64,000 nucleotides of DNA, taken from positions 1,664,001-1,728,000 of the forward strand of contig OZ244057.1 in the NCBI GenBank assembly GCA_965215515.1. Direction: 5' to 3'. This document shows, piece after piece, positions 47,097 through 57,295 of this stretch (position 1 is its first letter; each line of letters opens with the position of its first letter). This DNA is from Oligoflexales bacterium (GTDB lineage: Bacteria; Bdellovibrionota_B; Oligoflexia; Oligoflexales; JAPPIL01). The notes under the pieces were generated by a model. That model was not told the DNA's origin. It ran no database searches and worked only from the letters and a program-made list of their open reading frames with translations. Position numbers and translations under genes: made by a program.

Positions 47097-49583
47097 TCAA
47101 GGCACAGGCCGCGTCTGCGACATGTCGTCTGCCCCTGTCTCAGCAGCAGTGTCTTCCTCCATCGTCGCTGCCTCGTTACCTTCGTCAGCCGCCCCAGGCA
47201 TCTCTTCCTCCTCAACCACAGGTGGCTCGATTGCAGCAGGCGGCTCGACTGCAGGTGGTTCGACTGCAGGTGGTTCGACTGCAGGTGGTTCGACTGCAGG
47301 TGGCTCGATTGCAGGTGGCTCGATTGCAGGTGGCTCGATTGCAGGTGGCTCGGCAATTTGTTGAGGTTCTTCGGGCGTGAACTTCAGGGGATAGCCGCGG
47401 TTGCTTTCGTCCCGAATTATTTCATACAGCTCACGCCGCATCTCCTCTAACTTGCGCCGTTCCATCTCATCGACGGTGTCGGAATGATATTCGCCTTCCT
47501 CGAGTTTAGGGAGCAGGGCGTAGAAATCATCGTCGGGGCTGGTGCTTGCCCCCACCGCATCGAGAAATTCATCACGCTCTTTGATCTTCTGACGGTAAAT
47601 TTCCGCCAGATCTCCAGCGTTGTGCACGATATGGGGCTTAAGGAAAATCACCAAACTGGTCTTGATGTTGTTCAAAGAGCTGTTGCGGAATAGCCAACCG
47701 AGCACGGGAATATCGCCGAATAGCGGCACTTTTTGAAATGTTTCGATCTCGCGGGTTTGCATCAAACCAGAGATAACGACGGTCTGGCCGTTTTTGACTG
47801 TCACCAGCTGTGAGGTTTGGCGTTTGTTTATGTTGGGCAAGCCTTCATCGGAAATACGTGTACCGAAAGTGTTGGCTTCCAGATCGATTTTGAGTGTCAC
47901 GTAGTTGGAGTGGCTGATATTGGGCTTTATCTTGAGGCTGAGGTTGGCGTTTTCTTTTTCGAGTTTTTGGACGGGAGTCCCTGTGGTGGGGTTGGTTTCG
48001 GCGGTATGAAACAGGCGTGTTTCGCCACTGCTGATTTTGGCGACCTCGTTGTTGGAGGTGAGGATCTGTGGTGTGGCGAGAATCTTGGTATTGGCATCGC
48101 TTTTGATCAGGCTGATCAGTGCGGCAGGGGCGATCTCACCTAGACCTGGCACGTTGACTTTCGTCCCCGACAGGATGCCGATGGTGAGGTTCTTGGAGAA
48201 GTTTTCTTTCAATTTTGCTAGTTCACTGAGGGCGGCAGCACCCGCGGCCCCTTCTTCGCCGCTTTTCTCCGCGACCGCACCGCCGATGGCCAGACTGGTT
48301 GCACTCGCACCTTCCCACGTACCGACGACCTTCGTTCCTTCGCTCTTCCCTGCGCCACCGAAGATACTCATGCCTGCGATAAACGAGTCTTCGATGTTGA
48401 TATCGAGGATGTCGGTCTCGACGTAGACTTGGCTGCGACGCATGTCGAGTTTGCGAATGATGGCGTTCAGTGCCTGGTAGGCACTGCGACTGCCTGTGAT
48501 CAGCAGCGAGTTGGAAGGTTCGTAGGCGGTAATCTTGACGTTATCGTCGAGCTGTGCCACCGCTGCCAACGGGGAGGGACGGGTTTTGCTCGGTACACGG
48601 CGTGCAGGACGACGGCTACGACCTGTCAGAGCTGACAAAGTGCCTGCCAGAGTCTTGGCATCGGCGTAGTCGAGCGGACGGACGTGGATGGTCGCTTGTC
48701 GTGAAGGGTCGTCCAGCTCGATGTCAAATTCCTTGACCATATCTTTCACGTCTTTGATGGTGCGGGGCGGCCCGAAGATGATTACCGAGTTGGAACGCTC
48801 ATCGACGAGAATCTTGTATTCCTGTGAGCTGGAGCGGCGTAAACGCTTGCTGCGGGACGAACTGGTCACCAGCTGCCGTACCTTCTCGGCGACGGCTTTG
48901 GCATCGGAAAAACGTATGGGGATAATTTCCAGCCGCGGTTGTCGGGTCTGCACGTCGAGTAGGTTGACGATGTCCAGCACACGCCGCACTTTGTAGCCCG
49001 TGTCGCTGATAATCAGGGTGTTGGTCGGTTCGTAAGCGATCATCGAGTTGGACGAAACGATACGTGAGAGGGTCGTCTGAATGCTTTTGGCGTTGATGTA
49101 GTTCAGCGGCACTATCTGGGTAATTATTTCATCGGTACGAGGTGTCCACTTTGCCCCTCGAAAAGTTTTGAGGTTGCCTTTCACCGCGGTACGAATAGGC
49201 ATAATCTTGATGATCCGACCCGTTTCGACGGTGGTCAAGCCGAGAATGTTCAGGGCGGAGAGGAACGCTTGATAAGCTTCTTCCTTGGTAACCTTGCGCG
49301 GAGAGATAATCTGTACCTTACCCGTCACTTGCCGATCGAGGATGACATTTTTGCCTGTCCACAAGGCTACCGCTTTGATGATGTCCTTGATTTCGGTCGG
49401 TTCGGGAAAATCGATGTTGACCAGCTCTTCGCCCTGCGGCAGTGCTTCCGCACCGCGTGGCTCGTCGTTGTCTTCGATTTCGACCGTGGCCAGCGGTGAT
49501 TCTTCGGCATGAAGTTGCCAGCTAGGCACAGATAACAGCAGTGCTACTAAAAAAAATCTAGTAATTGTCATAAAGCCACTCAC
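47097..49583 (-). CDS. gspD: T2SS secretin
   Basis: N0-N3 domains, LD.RR.QV.VE, ILATPQI, KVPLFGDIPVLGWLF; Pro/Glu-rich tail. Confidence 0.95.
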   Translation of the reverse strand: MSGFMTITRFFLVALLLSVPSWQLHAEESPLATVEIEDNDEPRGAEALPQGEELVNIDFPEPTEIKDIIKAVALWTGKNVILDRQVTGKVQIISPRKVTKEEAYQAFLSALNILGLTTVETGRIIKIMPIRTAVKGNLKTFRGAKWTPRTDEIITQIVPLNYINAKSIQTTLSRIVSSNSMIAYEPTNTLIISDTGYKVRRVLDIVNLLDVQTRQPRLEIIPIRFSDAKAVAEKVRQLVTSSSRSKRLRRSSSQEYKILVDERSNSVIIFGPPRTIKDVKDMVKEFDIELDDPSRQATIHVRPLDYADAKTLAGTLSALTGRSRRPARRVPSKTRPSPLAAVAQLDDNVKITAYEPSNSLLITGSRSAYQALNAIIRKLDMRRSQVYVETDILDINIEDSFIAGMSIFGGAGKSEGTKVVGTWEGASATSLAIGGAVAEKSGEEGAAGAAALSELAKLKENFSKNLTIGILSGTKVNVPGLGEIAPAALISLIKSDANTKILATPQILTSNNEVAKISSGETRLFHTAETNPTTGTPVQKLEKENANLSLKIKPNISHSNYVTLKIDLEANTFGTRISDEGLPNINKRQTSQLVTVKNGQTVVISGLMQTREIETFQKVPLFGDIPVLGWLFRNSSLNNIKTSLVIFLKPHIVHNAGDLAEIYRQKIKERDEFLDAVGASTSPDDDFYALLPKLEEGEYHSDTVDEMERRKLEEMRRELYEIIRDESNRGYPLKFTPEEPQQIAEPPAIEPPAIEPPAIEPPAVEPPAVEPPAVEPPAVEPPAAIEPPVVEEEEMPGAADEGNEAATMEEDTAAETGADDMSQTRPVP
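47218..47352. repeat. 15-nt tandem repeat encoding EPPA(I/V), 9 EPP units
   Basis: GCAGGTGG(C/T)TCGA(C/T)T units. Confidence 0.95.
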
Positions 49584-49589
49584 CCCTCG

Positions 49590-50549
49590 TCATTTTATCA
49601 CGACACCGATCGTCTGCGGTTTGTTTTTGCGCATGATGTTGAAAACAATCTCCTGATCTTCCTGAAATGTCTGGAAGAGGGCGAAACCCTGTTCCGCTTG
49701 CTCCAAACTGGTATCGTTGACTTTCTGGATAATATCGCCGTTGCGTAAGCCGATTTTGTTGAACAGCGTGCCCTTTTTGATCGCGAATATCTTGAAACCG
49801 TTGATGCTCTCGCCGTCGAGGTTGGGGACAAGTCTGGCTGACTTGAGAACCTGACTGAACCCAGGCCCCAGTTGCTTTTCCACCCAAGCACTGTCCAACA
49901 CCACCGCACCGCCGCGCCCGTCCTCATTGCGTTCTTTTGCCTTGCCCTGTTGTTTACGGGGTTGGTAACCATCCGTGCGACTGGCGACCTTGGCGGATTT
50001 TTCGATTTTGTAACACTCACGACTCCCTCCGTTATCGACAACCATCTGCTCACGCTCGATCGCCACGACCAACACATCCTCGTAGCCGATGATCTTGTCC
50101 CCGACACGATAGGTATCGGACTGGGAATAGTTTGCCTCCCGCACCGAGACTATCGAGTTGTCGCCGCCGAGATAAATAGTGCCCACTACCTTTAGTTTCA
50201 GTGTCGGCTTGTTGCACTGCCCCGCGAGAATACGTCCCTGGGCGGCATCGTCGGCGAGTTCCTTGTGGTCGGGAAGCTCGCCCGTCGCATTGAAGATGTT
50301 GCGGTCGAGCACCGCTTTGCGCACATCACGGTAGTTGAGTTTTTTCATCATATCCACCTGCACACCGCTCTTGCCACGTCCTGAGGCTCGGCCGCTAAAG
50401 AAACCTTTACCCATCAGAAAGTGCGTGCTCAACGATGCGAAGACCGTCGCGACGAGCCACGCCGCCAGCACGGTGAAGAACGACCGCACCAGCACCTTGA
50501 GGCGTTCACCTACCAACCACCGCCGCAGCTTTTGCAGGTCGATGTTCAC
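49590..50549 (-). CDS. gspC: T2SS protein C with PDZ domain (copy 2)
   Basis: TM, RNIF, LKVVGTI, ARLVP, GFKIFAI..GTLF.KIGLRNGDII..VN. Confidence 0.85.
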   Translation of the reverse strand: MNIDLQKLRRWLVGERLKVLVRSFFTVLAAWLVATVFASLSTHFLMGKGFFSGRASGRGKSGVQVDMMKKLNYRDVRKAVLDRNIFNATGELPDHKELADDAAQGRILAGQCNKPTLKLKVVGTIYLGGDNSIVSVREANYSQSDTYRVGDKIIGYEDVLVVAIEREQMVVDNGGSRECYKIEKSAKVASRTDGYQPRKQQGKAKERNEDGRGGAVVLDSAWVEKQLGPGFSQVLKSARLVPNLDGESINGFKIFAIKKGTLFNKIGLRNGDIIQKVNDTSLEQAEQGFALFQTFQEDQEIVFNIMRKNKPQTIGVVIK

Positions 50550-51511
50550 TGCACACTGATAAGGAAGTTCATCGGTTTTCCACTCCGTACTACTCGGATC
50601 TCAATCTCCGACTCGTTGCGCAACGAATTCAACAACTTGATCGCCTGCGCGGTGTCGGTCAGTAAGATGCCGTTGATTTCCTCCACCACATCGCCGTTCT
50701 GCAAGCCTGACTTCTGGTAGATAGAGTTTTCCCGAATACGGCTGAGTTGAAAACCGCGCAACTTACCTCCGACGAGGTTGGGCGATGCTTTGGCATCCTG
50801 TAAAACTTTGGTGAAGTCAGGCCCCAGCAACCTTGCTTTGTAGTCCTTTGACATGTTGATGTTCCCACCCGTACGCTCGAAACCTTCCTCGCGAAACTCC
50901 TTCGCAGCGGGGGCGGTGGCAATCGCGGCGTACTTGCGCTTGGCGCGCTGCTTCGATACCTTGCGCCTGCGCACCAACTCCTGTTTGTCGATCTCCAGAT
51001 ACTCCAGCTGCCCACCGTTATCGAGGATGATTTTCCCCTTATGTACCTCCCGCAACATGGCACGTCCGACCACCAAGTCGCCGTTCATGAAGCTACCTGT
51101 CTTGCGTTTACCTTTGAATTCGATGATGGCGATACCGTTGCGGGGATCGCCCGAATAGATCGTGCCCGTCAGCTTCAGAGGCAAATTTGACTTGATAACT
51201 TCTGCGACCGTAGCTCTGTCCTTGTCCTCGTCCAAGTTGTCCATCCCTTCCGCCTGAAAGAGATTGCGCTGCATGATTTTGTTCATATCGTCGTTGTTCA
51301 GGCTCTGGGTAGTTTCTTGCAGTTTGTAGTTGCTCGCACCATCGCCGCGGCGGTCTTTGGCCTCAGGAAAAAACAACCACGCGACACCCATCGACAGTGC
51401 CGTCGCACACACGAAGCTGCTGCCCACTACCCAGGCCAGCGCTTTCCAGGGCAAGCTTTTTAGTTTTCCCAAGCTGTTATCTGCTCGCATTACGCCTCTG
51501 TAAGATTGCAT
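50546..51511 (-). CDS. gspC: T2SS protein C with PDZ domain (copy 1)
   Basis: TM, RNLF, LKLTGTI, GFQLSRIR..SIY...GLQNGDVV..ING. Confidence 0.85.
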   Translation of the reverse strand: MQSYRGVMRADNSLGKLKSLPWKALAWVVGSSFVCATALSMGVAWLFFPEAKDRRGDGASNYKLQETTQSLNNDDMNKIMQRNLFQAEGMDNLDEDKDRATVAEVIKSNLPLKLTGTIYSGDPRNGIAIIEFKGKRKTGSFMNGDLVVGRAMLREVHKGKIILDNGGQLEYLEIDKQELVRRRKVSKQRAKRKYAAIATAPAAKEFREEGFERTGGNINMSKDYKARLLGPDFTKVLQDAKASPNLVGGKLRGFQLSRIRENSIYQKSGLQNGDVVEEINGILLTDTAQAIKLLNSLRNESEIEIRVVRSGKPMNFLISVQ

Positions 51512-52058
51512 TTTTAACCATCAGTGCGCAAAACTCGACCGTCGAGCCACCGCTGTCGATAGTTATGTCGGCTTGTGCGAAAAAATCTGAACGCACGACA
51601 CGCGTTTCCTCCACCCTATCCATTAATTCTAACAGAATTTTTTCGTCACTGCTGCCCTCAAGTGCGGGGCTCAACAAGGGGCTGTTCTTCAGCCGCTCAC
51701 GATCGAGCAGCAGACGTTGACATATAACCTGTGGTCTGGCGGTGAGGCAGACGGTAATACCCAAACGGGCCAACTTGCTCCAGTTGTCTCGGTGACAAGG
51801 CAAACCTCCCCCCGTAGCGATTACGCAGTGCTTGACCCCCTTCAGCTCCGCCAGTAGCTGTGTCTCCAACGCACGAAAATGCTCCTCGCCATACCGAAAA
51901 AACAGGGCAGAAATCTGCATCCCCCGCTCGCGCACGATGCAGGCATCGGTATCTATCACTCCATAACCCAACAAGTGTGCCAGCAAAGGTGCCACGCGGG
52001 ATTTGCCTGTGGCAGATTCTCCCACCAGGACTACATTTTTCGCCAAATCTATCCCCAA
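51477..52058 (-). CDS. aroK: Shikimate kinase
   Basis: NVVLVGESATGKS, IDTD, GEEHFRALE, VIATGGG. Confidence 0.88.
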   Translation of the reverse strand: MGIDLAKNVVLVGESATGKSRVAPLLAHLLGYGVIDTDACIVRERGMQISALFFRYGEEHFRALETQLLAELKGVKHCVIATGGGLPCHRDNWSKLARLGITVCLTARPQVICQRLLLDRERLKNSPLLSPALEGSSDEKILLELMDRVEETRVVRSDFFAQADITIDSGGSTVEFCALMVKNAILQRRNASR

Positions 52059-52067
52059 AGTAAATGA

Positions 52068-52973
52068 TTACAGTGCATAGCGTCGCATCGTTGTCAGCGC
52101 TGCACTCGCACTATAGCGACCCCGCGTGTAACTCACCTGCGAGGCAACTACCCGCGGGTCGTGCATGTAAAAGATGAGCCAGTTTTCGTCCACTGCCTTG
52201 CTGTAAAGCTGACGTTTCTCGTCGATAACCAGCTCGGCAAAACGGTCATAACCCGCCGTGATCGGTAAATGTACCCAAGCTGTGCCAGGGATGAGATCGC
52301 CCGCGAAAAAAATTTTACGGTGCTGCCCACGCAAAACAGTGTGCATCTGACCAGGGGTGTGCCCATCGCTGAAAATGAACTCCAACCGCTCTTCCAACAC
52401 ACCCGCGAGTCGCTCGCCTTCTACCTTCAACAGTCTGCCACTGGCAGCAAGTTTAGCCACCATGCCGTCGATGAAGGAGGCACGGTCACGAGGATGCGGG
52501 GATGCGGCACGTGCCAGCGCCGTACCGCCCACGACATAGCGGGCACGAGGAAAATTGAGCTGGCCGTCCACCGCCAACAGACCACCCACATGATCGAAAT
52601 GCAGATGGGAAAGGATGACATAGTCGATGTCCGCCGTCTCCACACCGAGTGCGGCGAGGTTAGTGAGCAACTTGTTCTTCTCAGGGTCACAGACCCCGTA
52701 GCGTCGTGCCAGCTTCGGCTCGAAAAAATTACCGATGCCGACCTCGCACAATAACTTGATGTCACCACACTCGATCAACAAACCGCGGGTCGCCAGTTCA
52801 ATTCTTCCCTGTGCATCAGGCGGACACCACTTCGCCCATACGGCACGCGGGGCGTTGCCAAACATCGCTCCGCCATCGAGATATTGCCTGTTCCCCTCTA
52901 CTACCGAAACCAACACCCCAGCCGCCTGCACTTCCCCAGCCCCTCGCTTACCCGCTCCTCGGAACTCTATCAA
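52068..52973 (-). CDS. Metallo-beta-lactamase-fold hydrolase
   Basis: LDGGAMFG, SHLHFDHVGG, GHTPG, AGDLIP, HDP. Confidence 0.9.
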   Translation of the reverse strand: MIEFRGAGKRGAGEVQAAGVLVSVVEGNRQYLDGGAMFGNAPRAVWAKWCPPDAQGRIELATRGLLIECGDIKLLCEVGIGNFFEPKLARRYGVCDPEKNKLLTNLAALGVETADIDYVILSHLHFDHVGGLLAVDGQLNFPRARYVVGGTALARAASPHPRDRASFIDGMVAKLAASGRLLKVEGERLAGVLEERLEFIFSDGHTPGQMHTVLRGQHRKIFFAGDLIPGTAWVHLPITAGYDRFAELVIDEKRQLYSKAVDENWLIFYMHDPRVVASQVSYTRGRYSASAALTTMRRYAL

Positions 52974-53153
52974 TTGCCAGAAGATCGTTCCACCCCAAAT
53001 CCTCTGACAGCATCCAAAGCCGCGTGCCTGTCGTCGTAGGTTCTAGGCTTTAGAGACGGTACTGGCATGCTGGATAACGATATCTTTTGGAGATACCTGC
53101 AGGACAAACCTTGCCGAACGGCTGGGAACTGTTTAGACTTGAGGGATCGTTGA

Positions 53154-55163
53154 ATGGCCGTGGAAAAAACCTCGATGCCCCTCATTCTTGGTGATATCGG
53201 ACACTACCTGCTGCTGCTGTGTTTGATAGTTAGCCTCTACGGCACCGCGACCTCGCTGCTCGCGGCACACCTACGCCACCGTCGCCTCTATCTCTCGGCA
53301 AAAGCAGCGCAGACAGGCAGTTGCCTGCTAGTGCTCGCCGCCTCGTTGATTCTCTGGATAACCTTCTTCGGTCGTGACTACTCGCTTCTCTATGTCTTCA
53401 AAAATTCCAGTTCCGATCTGCCATCCTACTATACCTTGACGGCATTCTGGTCTTCCCTCGAAGGCTCACACCTGCTGTGGACGCTGCTGTTGTCGATCTG
53501 CGCAACACTGGCCCTGTGGACACGCGCACGCATTAACGAACATATCATGCCCTACGTCAGTGCCGCGCTGCAGGCAGTATTGGCCTGGATGTTCTACCTC
53601 GCTATCACCCACTCCGACCCTTTCGTGCGCCTATTCCCCGTCGCGAGCGACGGACAAGGCATGAACGCCCTGCTCCAAAACCCCTATATGGCAATTCACC
53701 CTCCCACCCTGTTCGTCGGTTACACTTTGCTGGCAGTGCCGTTTGCCTACAGCGTGGCCGCACTTTTTTACGGCGATATCACCGAAGGTTGGTTAAAAAC
53801 CACTCGCCGCTGGACTTTGGCGGCTTTCTGTTTTCTGACCGCAGGCGTGAGCCTCGGCGGACGCTGGGCCTACGTCGAACTCGGCTGGGCGGGTTACTGG
53901 GCGTGGGACCCCGTGGAAAATTCCAGTTTCTTGCCGTGGCTGTTCTGCGTCTGTCTCCTACACTCGTTGCTAGTGCAGGAAAAACTCGGTCACCTTAAAC
54001 GCCTAAGCCTTGTGCTGGCTTTTTTCGCCTTCTTCTTCAGTTTTTTCGGCACGTTTATCACCCGTTCAGGAGTGGTCAGTTCGGTGCACTCGTTCGCCCA
54101 ATCACCCATCGGCCCCAACTACCTACTGTTTCTCGCCGTGCTGCTGCTGTTTTTTATCGCCCTCTACGCCCTGCGCGCCCCCGCCATCCTACCCGCCGCG
54201 ACCGAGCGAGTGTGGGGAGTGGCGAAAGAATCCGCCCTGCTCATCACCCAGTTCATTCTGCTGACCTTAGCCATCATCGTCATCATCGGCACAATGTTTC
54301 CCATCGTCTCCGAAGCCCTGACCAAACAGCGTATCTCGGTGCAAGCACCCTACTTCAACGCTTTCGCCCCGTGGATCGGATTGTGCCTTATCATCGCCAT
54401 CGCCCTCGGGAACATCATGCGTTACCAACGCGCCCAAATCGTCGGCGGAGCGAAACTGCTGCTCGTTACCGCATTACTGGCACTGCCCGCCGCACTGCTG
54501 TTCTGCTCAGGCGGTAAAGTATGGCAGACACCCGACGGTTTCGCCCTCGGCGCACAACTGGTCGGTATCTACCTCTGCTTCTGGAGCTCGCTGGTAATCA
54601 GCGGCGATGCCTTCCATCGTCTGCGCCAACTTAAGTTTAAACTCAAAACTTTCTTCTCCCGCAACCTCGGTTACCTCGGTGCTTACGTCGCCCACCTCGG
54701 CTTGCTCGTCGCAGTGCTCGGTTTCTTGGGGAACTACCGCGCGATAGAAAAAAACGTCAACCTTACCCACGGTGAACATACCGACTTCTTTGGCTACCGC
54801 TTCGTTTTTGACGGAGTACAAGGCAAAAAAGTAGACAACGCCCTCATTCAAGAAGCAACACTACAGGTTACACGCACAGGACAAACACAGTTTACCCTCC
54901 ACCCAGGCCGTAGCCGTTACCCCACCGCCGAAGAAATTTTTCACGAAATAGCTGTGCACGGAGGTTTCTGGCACGATGTCTACGTCGTGCTAGCCGATTA
55001 CGAGACAAAAAAACAATCGGCCACCTTCAACATCCATATCAACCCCACCGTACGTATCGTCTGGCTCAGCATCTTTCTGATGGTCGCAGGCGGTCTGCTC
55101 GCCCTCGGCGACCGTTACCGCGGCGAGCGCAGCCGCGATTTCGTCGGCAGTGGAGTGCCATAA
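53154..55163 (+). CDS. ccmF: Cytochrome c heme lyase CcmF/NrfE
   Basis: EGSHLLW, GMNALLQN...IHPP, WAYVELGWAGYWAWDPVENSS, TRSG..SVHSF. Confidence 0.95.
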   Translation: MAVEKTSMPLILGDIGHYLLLLCLIVSLYGTATSLLAAHLRHRRLYLSAKAAQTGSCLLVLAASLILWITFFGRDYSLLYVFKNSSSDLPSYYTLTAFWSSLEGSHLLWTLLLSICATLALWTRARINEHIMPYVSAALQAVLAWMFYLAITHSDPFVRLFPVASDGQGMNALLQNPYMAIHPPTLFVGYTLLAVPFAYSVAALFYGDITEGWLKTTRRWTLAAFCFLTAGVSLGGRWAYVELGWAGYWAWDPVENSSFLPWLFCVCLLHSLLVQEKLGHLKRLSLVLAFFAFFFSFFGTFITRSGVVSSVHSFAQSPIGPNYLLFLAVLLLFFIALYALRAPAILPAATERVWGVAKESALLITQFILLTLAIIVIIGTMFPIVSEALTKQRISVQAPYFNAFAPWIGLCLIIAIALGNIMRYQRAQIVGGAKLLLVTALLALPAALLFCSGGKVWQTPDGFALGAQLVGIYLCFWSSLVISGDAFHRLRQLKFKLKTFFSRNLGYLGAYVAHLGLLVAVLGFLGNYRAIEKNVNLTHGEHTDFFGYRFVFDGVQGKKVDNALIQEATLQVTRTGQTQFTLHPGRSRYPTAEEIFHEIAVHGGFWHDVYVVLADYETKKQSATFNIHINPTVRIVWLSIFLMVAGGLLALGDRYRGERSRDFVGSGVP

Positions 55164-55165
55164 CG

Positions 55166-55648
55166 ATGCCCACTATCTCCGCACTGCTGTGTTTCACCCT
55201 GCTGACTGCCGCAGCCTACGATCGCACCGCGAACCTCGCACCACAGGACTACCAACTGTTCGAAGAATTAAGCAAAGACCTACGCTGTCCCGCTTGCCAA
55301 GGGCTAAGCGTATGGGAATCTGACGCACTGTTTTCCAACCAGATCAAAGATATGGTAAAAACAAAAATCAACGCGGGCATGAATAAAGAGGAAATCATGC
55401 AGTTTTTCACCGCCCGTTTCGGCTACTGGATTCTGCGCGAGCCACCACGCCGCGGCTTCAGCTCCCTAGCTTGGTGGATACCACTATCGCTCTTGCTCGG
55501 CGGCCCGCTGTTGCTGTGGGGATTTTTCTGGCGACGTACCCAAACCACACCCACACAAGGAGTGCGCGGCGCAGAAAGTATCGTCGCCCAAATGCAGGCG
55601 GAATTAGCACAACAACGCGACCGCCAGACAAAAAAACACCCGTCCTAA
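55166..55648 (+). CDS. ccmH: Cytochrome c biogenesis protein CcmH
   Basis: LRCPACQG.S..ES, RFG.WIL..P. Confidence 0.92.
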   Translation: MPTISALLCFTLLTAAAYDRTANLAPQDYQLFEELSKDLRCPACQGLSVWESDALFSNQIKDMVKTKINAGMNKEEIMQFFTARFGYWILREPPRRGFSSLAWWIPLSLLLGGPLLLWGFFWRRTQTTPTQGVRGAESIVAQMQAELAQQRDRQTKKHPS

Positions 55649-55655
55649 AGCACGC

Positions 55656-57095
55656 TTAGCGCGGCAAGAAAGAAGCGAGTACCTGCCGAAAAATTGCGAC
55701 GACACGCTGCACATCCGCCGTGTCCGTGCGCCAATTGACAACACTGACACGCATGACAAAGTTACCCCGCCACACCGTGGAAGAAAAAAAGGCCACCCCC
55801 GTCGCATTGACCGTATCCATTACCTCCCACGTACGACGATCGTGATCAGCCGCATCCGCCTGCGGACGCAGATCACGAAAACGCAACAAACCCTGATTGA
55901 GATCGGATTTCCACACAATTTCCGCCCCTGGCAACGTACCGATACCCTCGATCAGTTCAGCACAGCAACGACAGTTACGCTCGACCAACTCCGCCACCCC
56001 ATCCTTGCCCAGTTGCAACAACGCGGCGTAAACAGGCACACTGCGCGCCCGCCGTGACCACTCTGGAGTCCAGTCTATCGCTTGACGGGAAACACGATCG
56101 ACATCTATGTAGGCCGCGTGGATGCTCAAAGCCTCACGGTGTGCCGTAGTATCACGCACCGCAGCAAAACCACAGTCAAAAGGAACGTTGAGCCACTTGT
56201 GCATATCAGTCGCCCAACTGTCGGCCAGTTCAACACCCGCAGTGAGATGCTTCTTGCGCGCGCTGGCACGGGCAAAAAGACCAAACGCACCGTCGATATG
56301 CACCCAAGCCCGCTGCGCCTGCGCACACGGAATCAGTGCGGTGAAAGCATCGAAAGCCGCAATGTTCAGGTCGGCAGCATCGAGCACGACGATGCGCGCC
56401 GCACTCCCACAGGCACGCAACTCCTCCTCCAACGCCGCACGGCGTACCAACCCATGCCGATCAGTAGCGAGTGCCACGATCTCCCCTTCGCCCAAACCGA
56501 GATAACGCACCGCACGATCGACAGAGGCGTGGCGATACTCGCTGGTAATAACCTTGAGCGGCGGTGCACCACGCATACCACGTTGCCCGACATCCCAGCC
56601 GAGCTGTGCCAACACCCGCTGCCGCGCCGCCGCCAAACAGGTGAAGTGCGCCATCTGACAACCCGTCGTAAACGCAAACGAGGCAGAAGTCGGAAGATCG
56701 AGCAATTCCAACAACCACTTGCCCGCCATCTCCTCGATCACCGCACTCGCAGGACTACAATCGTGCAGCACAGCATTCTGATCCCAACTGCTCACCAGCC
56801 AATCGGCAGCCAGCGCGGCAGGCAACGACCCACCCATCACCCAAGCGAAAAACCTACCACCCGCACTCGCAGTCAAACCACCGCGCGTCGCAGCCACCAG
56901 ATGCGCCACCACCTCCTCGGCACGCATCCCTTCAGCAGGCAGTGGTCTGGCAAACTTGGCACGCAACTCCTGCCGCGTCACACTCGCTCCGACTCTGCCG
57001 TCGGCAAGCTCGCGCAGCCACGCACGCGCCTCTTGCGCCGCAAGCCTAAGCGCAGCATAACACTCATCGTTGTGGTTCGTTGTGGTTGTACGCAT
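55656..57095 (-). CDS. Group II PLP-dependent decarboxylase (aromatic amino acid/glutamate decarboxylase family)
   Basis: RFFAWVMGG, WDQNA, HASVDRA, WVHIDGAFG, DSWATDMHKWLNVP. Confidence 0.9.
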   Translation of the reverse strand: MRTTTTNHNDECYAALRLAAQEARAWLRELADGRVGASVTRQELRAKFARPLPAEGMRAEEVVAHLVAATRGGLTASAGGRFFAWVMGGSLPAALAADWLVSSWDQNAVLHDCSPASAVIEEMAGKWLLELLDLPTSASFAFTTGCQMAHFTCLAAARQRVLAQLGWDVGQRGMRGAPPLKVITSEYRHASVDRAVRYLGLGEGEIVALATDRHGLVRRAALEEELRACGSAARIVVLDAADLNIAAFDAFTALIPCAQAQRAWVHIDGAFGLFARASARKKHLTAGVELADSWATDMHKWLNVPFDCGFAAVRDTTAHREALSIHAAYIDVDRVSRQAIDWTPEWSRRARSVPVYAALLQLGKDGVAELVERNCRCCAELIEGIGTLPGAEIVWKSDLNQGLLRFRDLRPQADAADHDRRTWEVMDTVNATGVAFFSSTVWRGNFVMRVSVVNWRTDTADVQRVVAIFRQVLASFLPR

Positions 57096-57295
57096 GAGTT
57101 AAGCGTTCTCGGAATTGCGTTATCGCCACTACGGGGGTAGCACGCGGCCAGTATATTGGGATCAGCCCTGATTTTCAAGAGCTGGGAAACAAACTGCCCC
57201 CAGGAACACCGCCCGCCGAGGAAGAAAGGGAGTGAGCTTCAGGAGGCACACGCAGAATTAAAGTTGCTCAAAAAACTTCTTCTCGTTAGACAGAG

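Noticed and set aside
46874..47380. ORFs with SSHLQ, STAGG or VARLQ repeats
   Set aside because: Alternative frames of the gspD 15-nt tandem repeat
56082..57140. Long antisense ORFs (352 aa here; also 6302-7348, 28843-29634, 34694-35533, 40492-41346)
   Set aside because: They shadow well-supported genes on the opposite strand and show no recognisable motifs; expected from codon bias and skew
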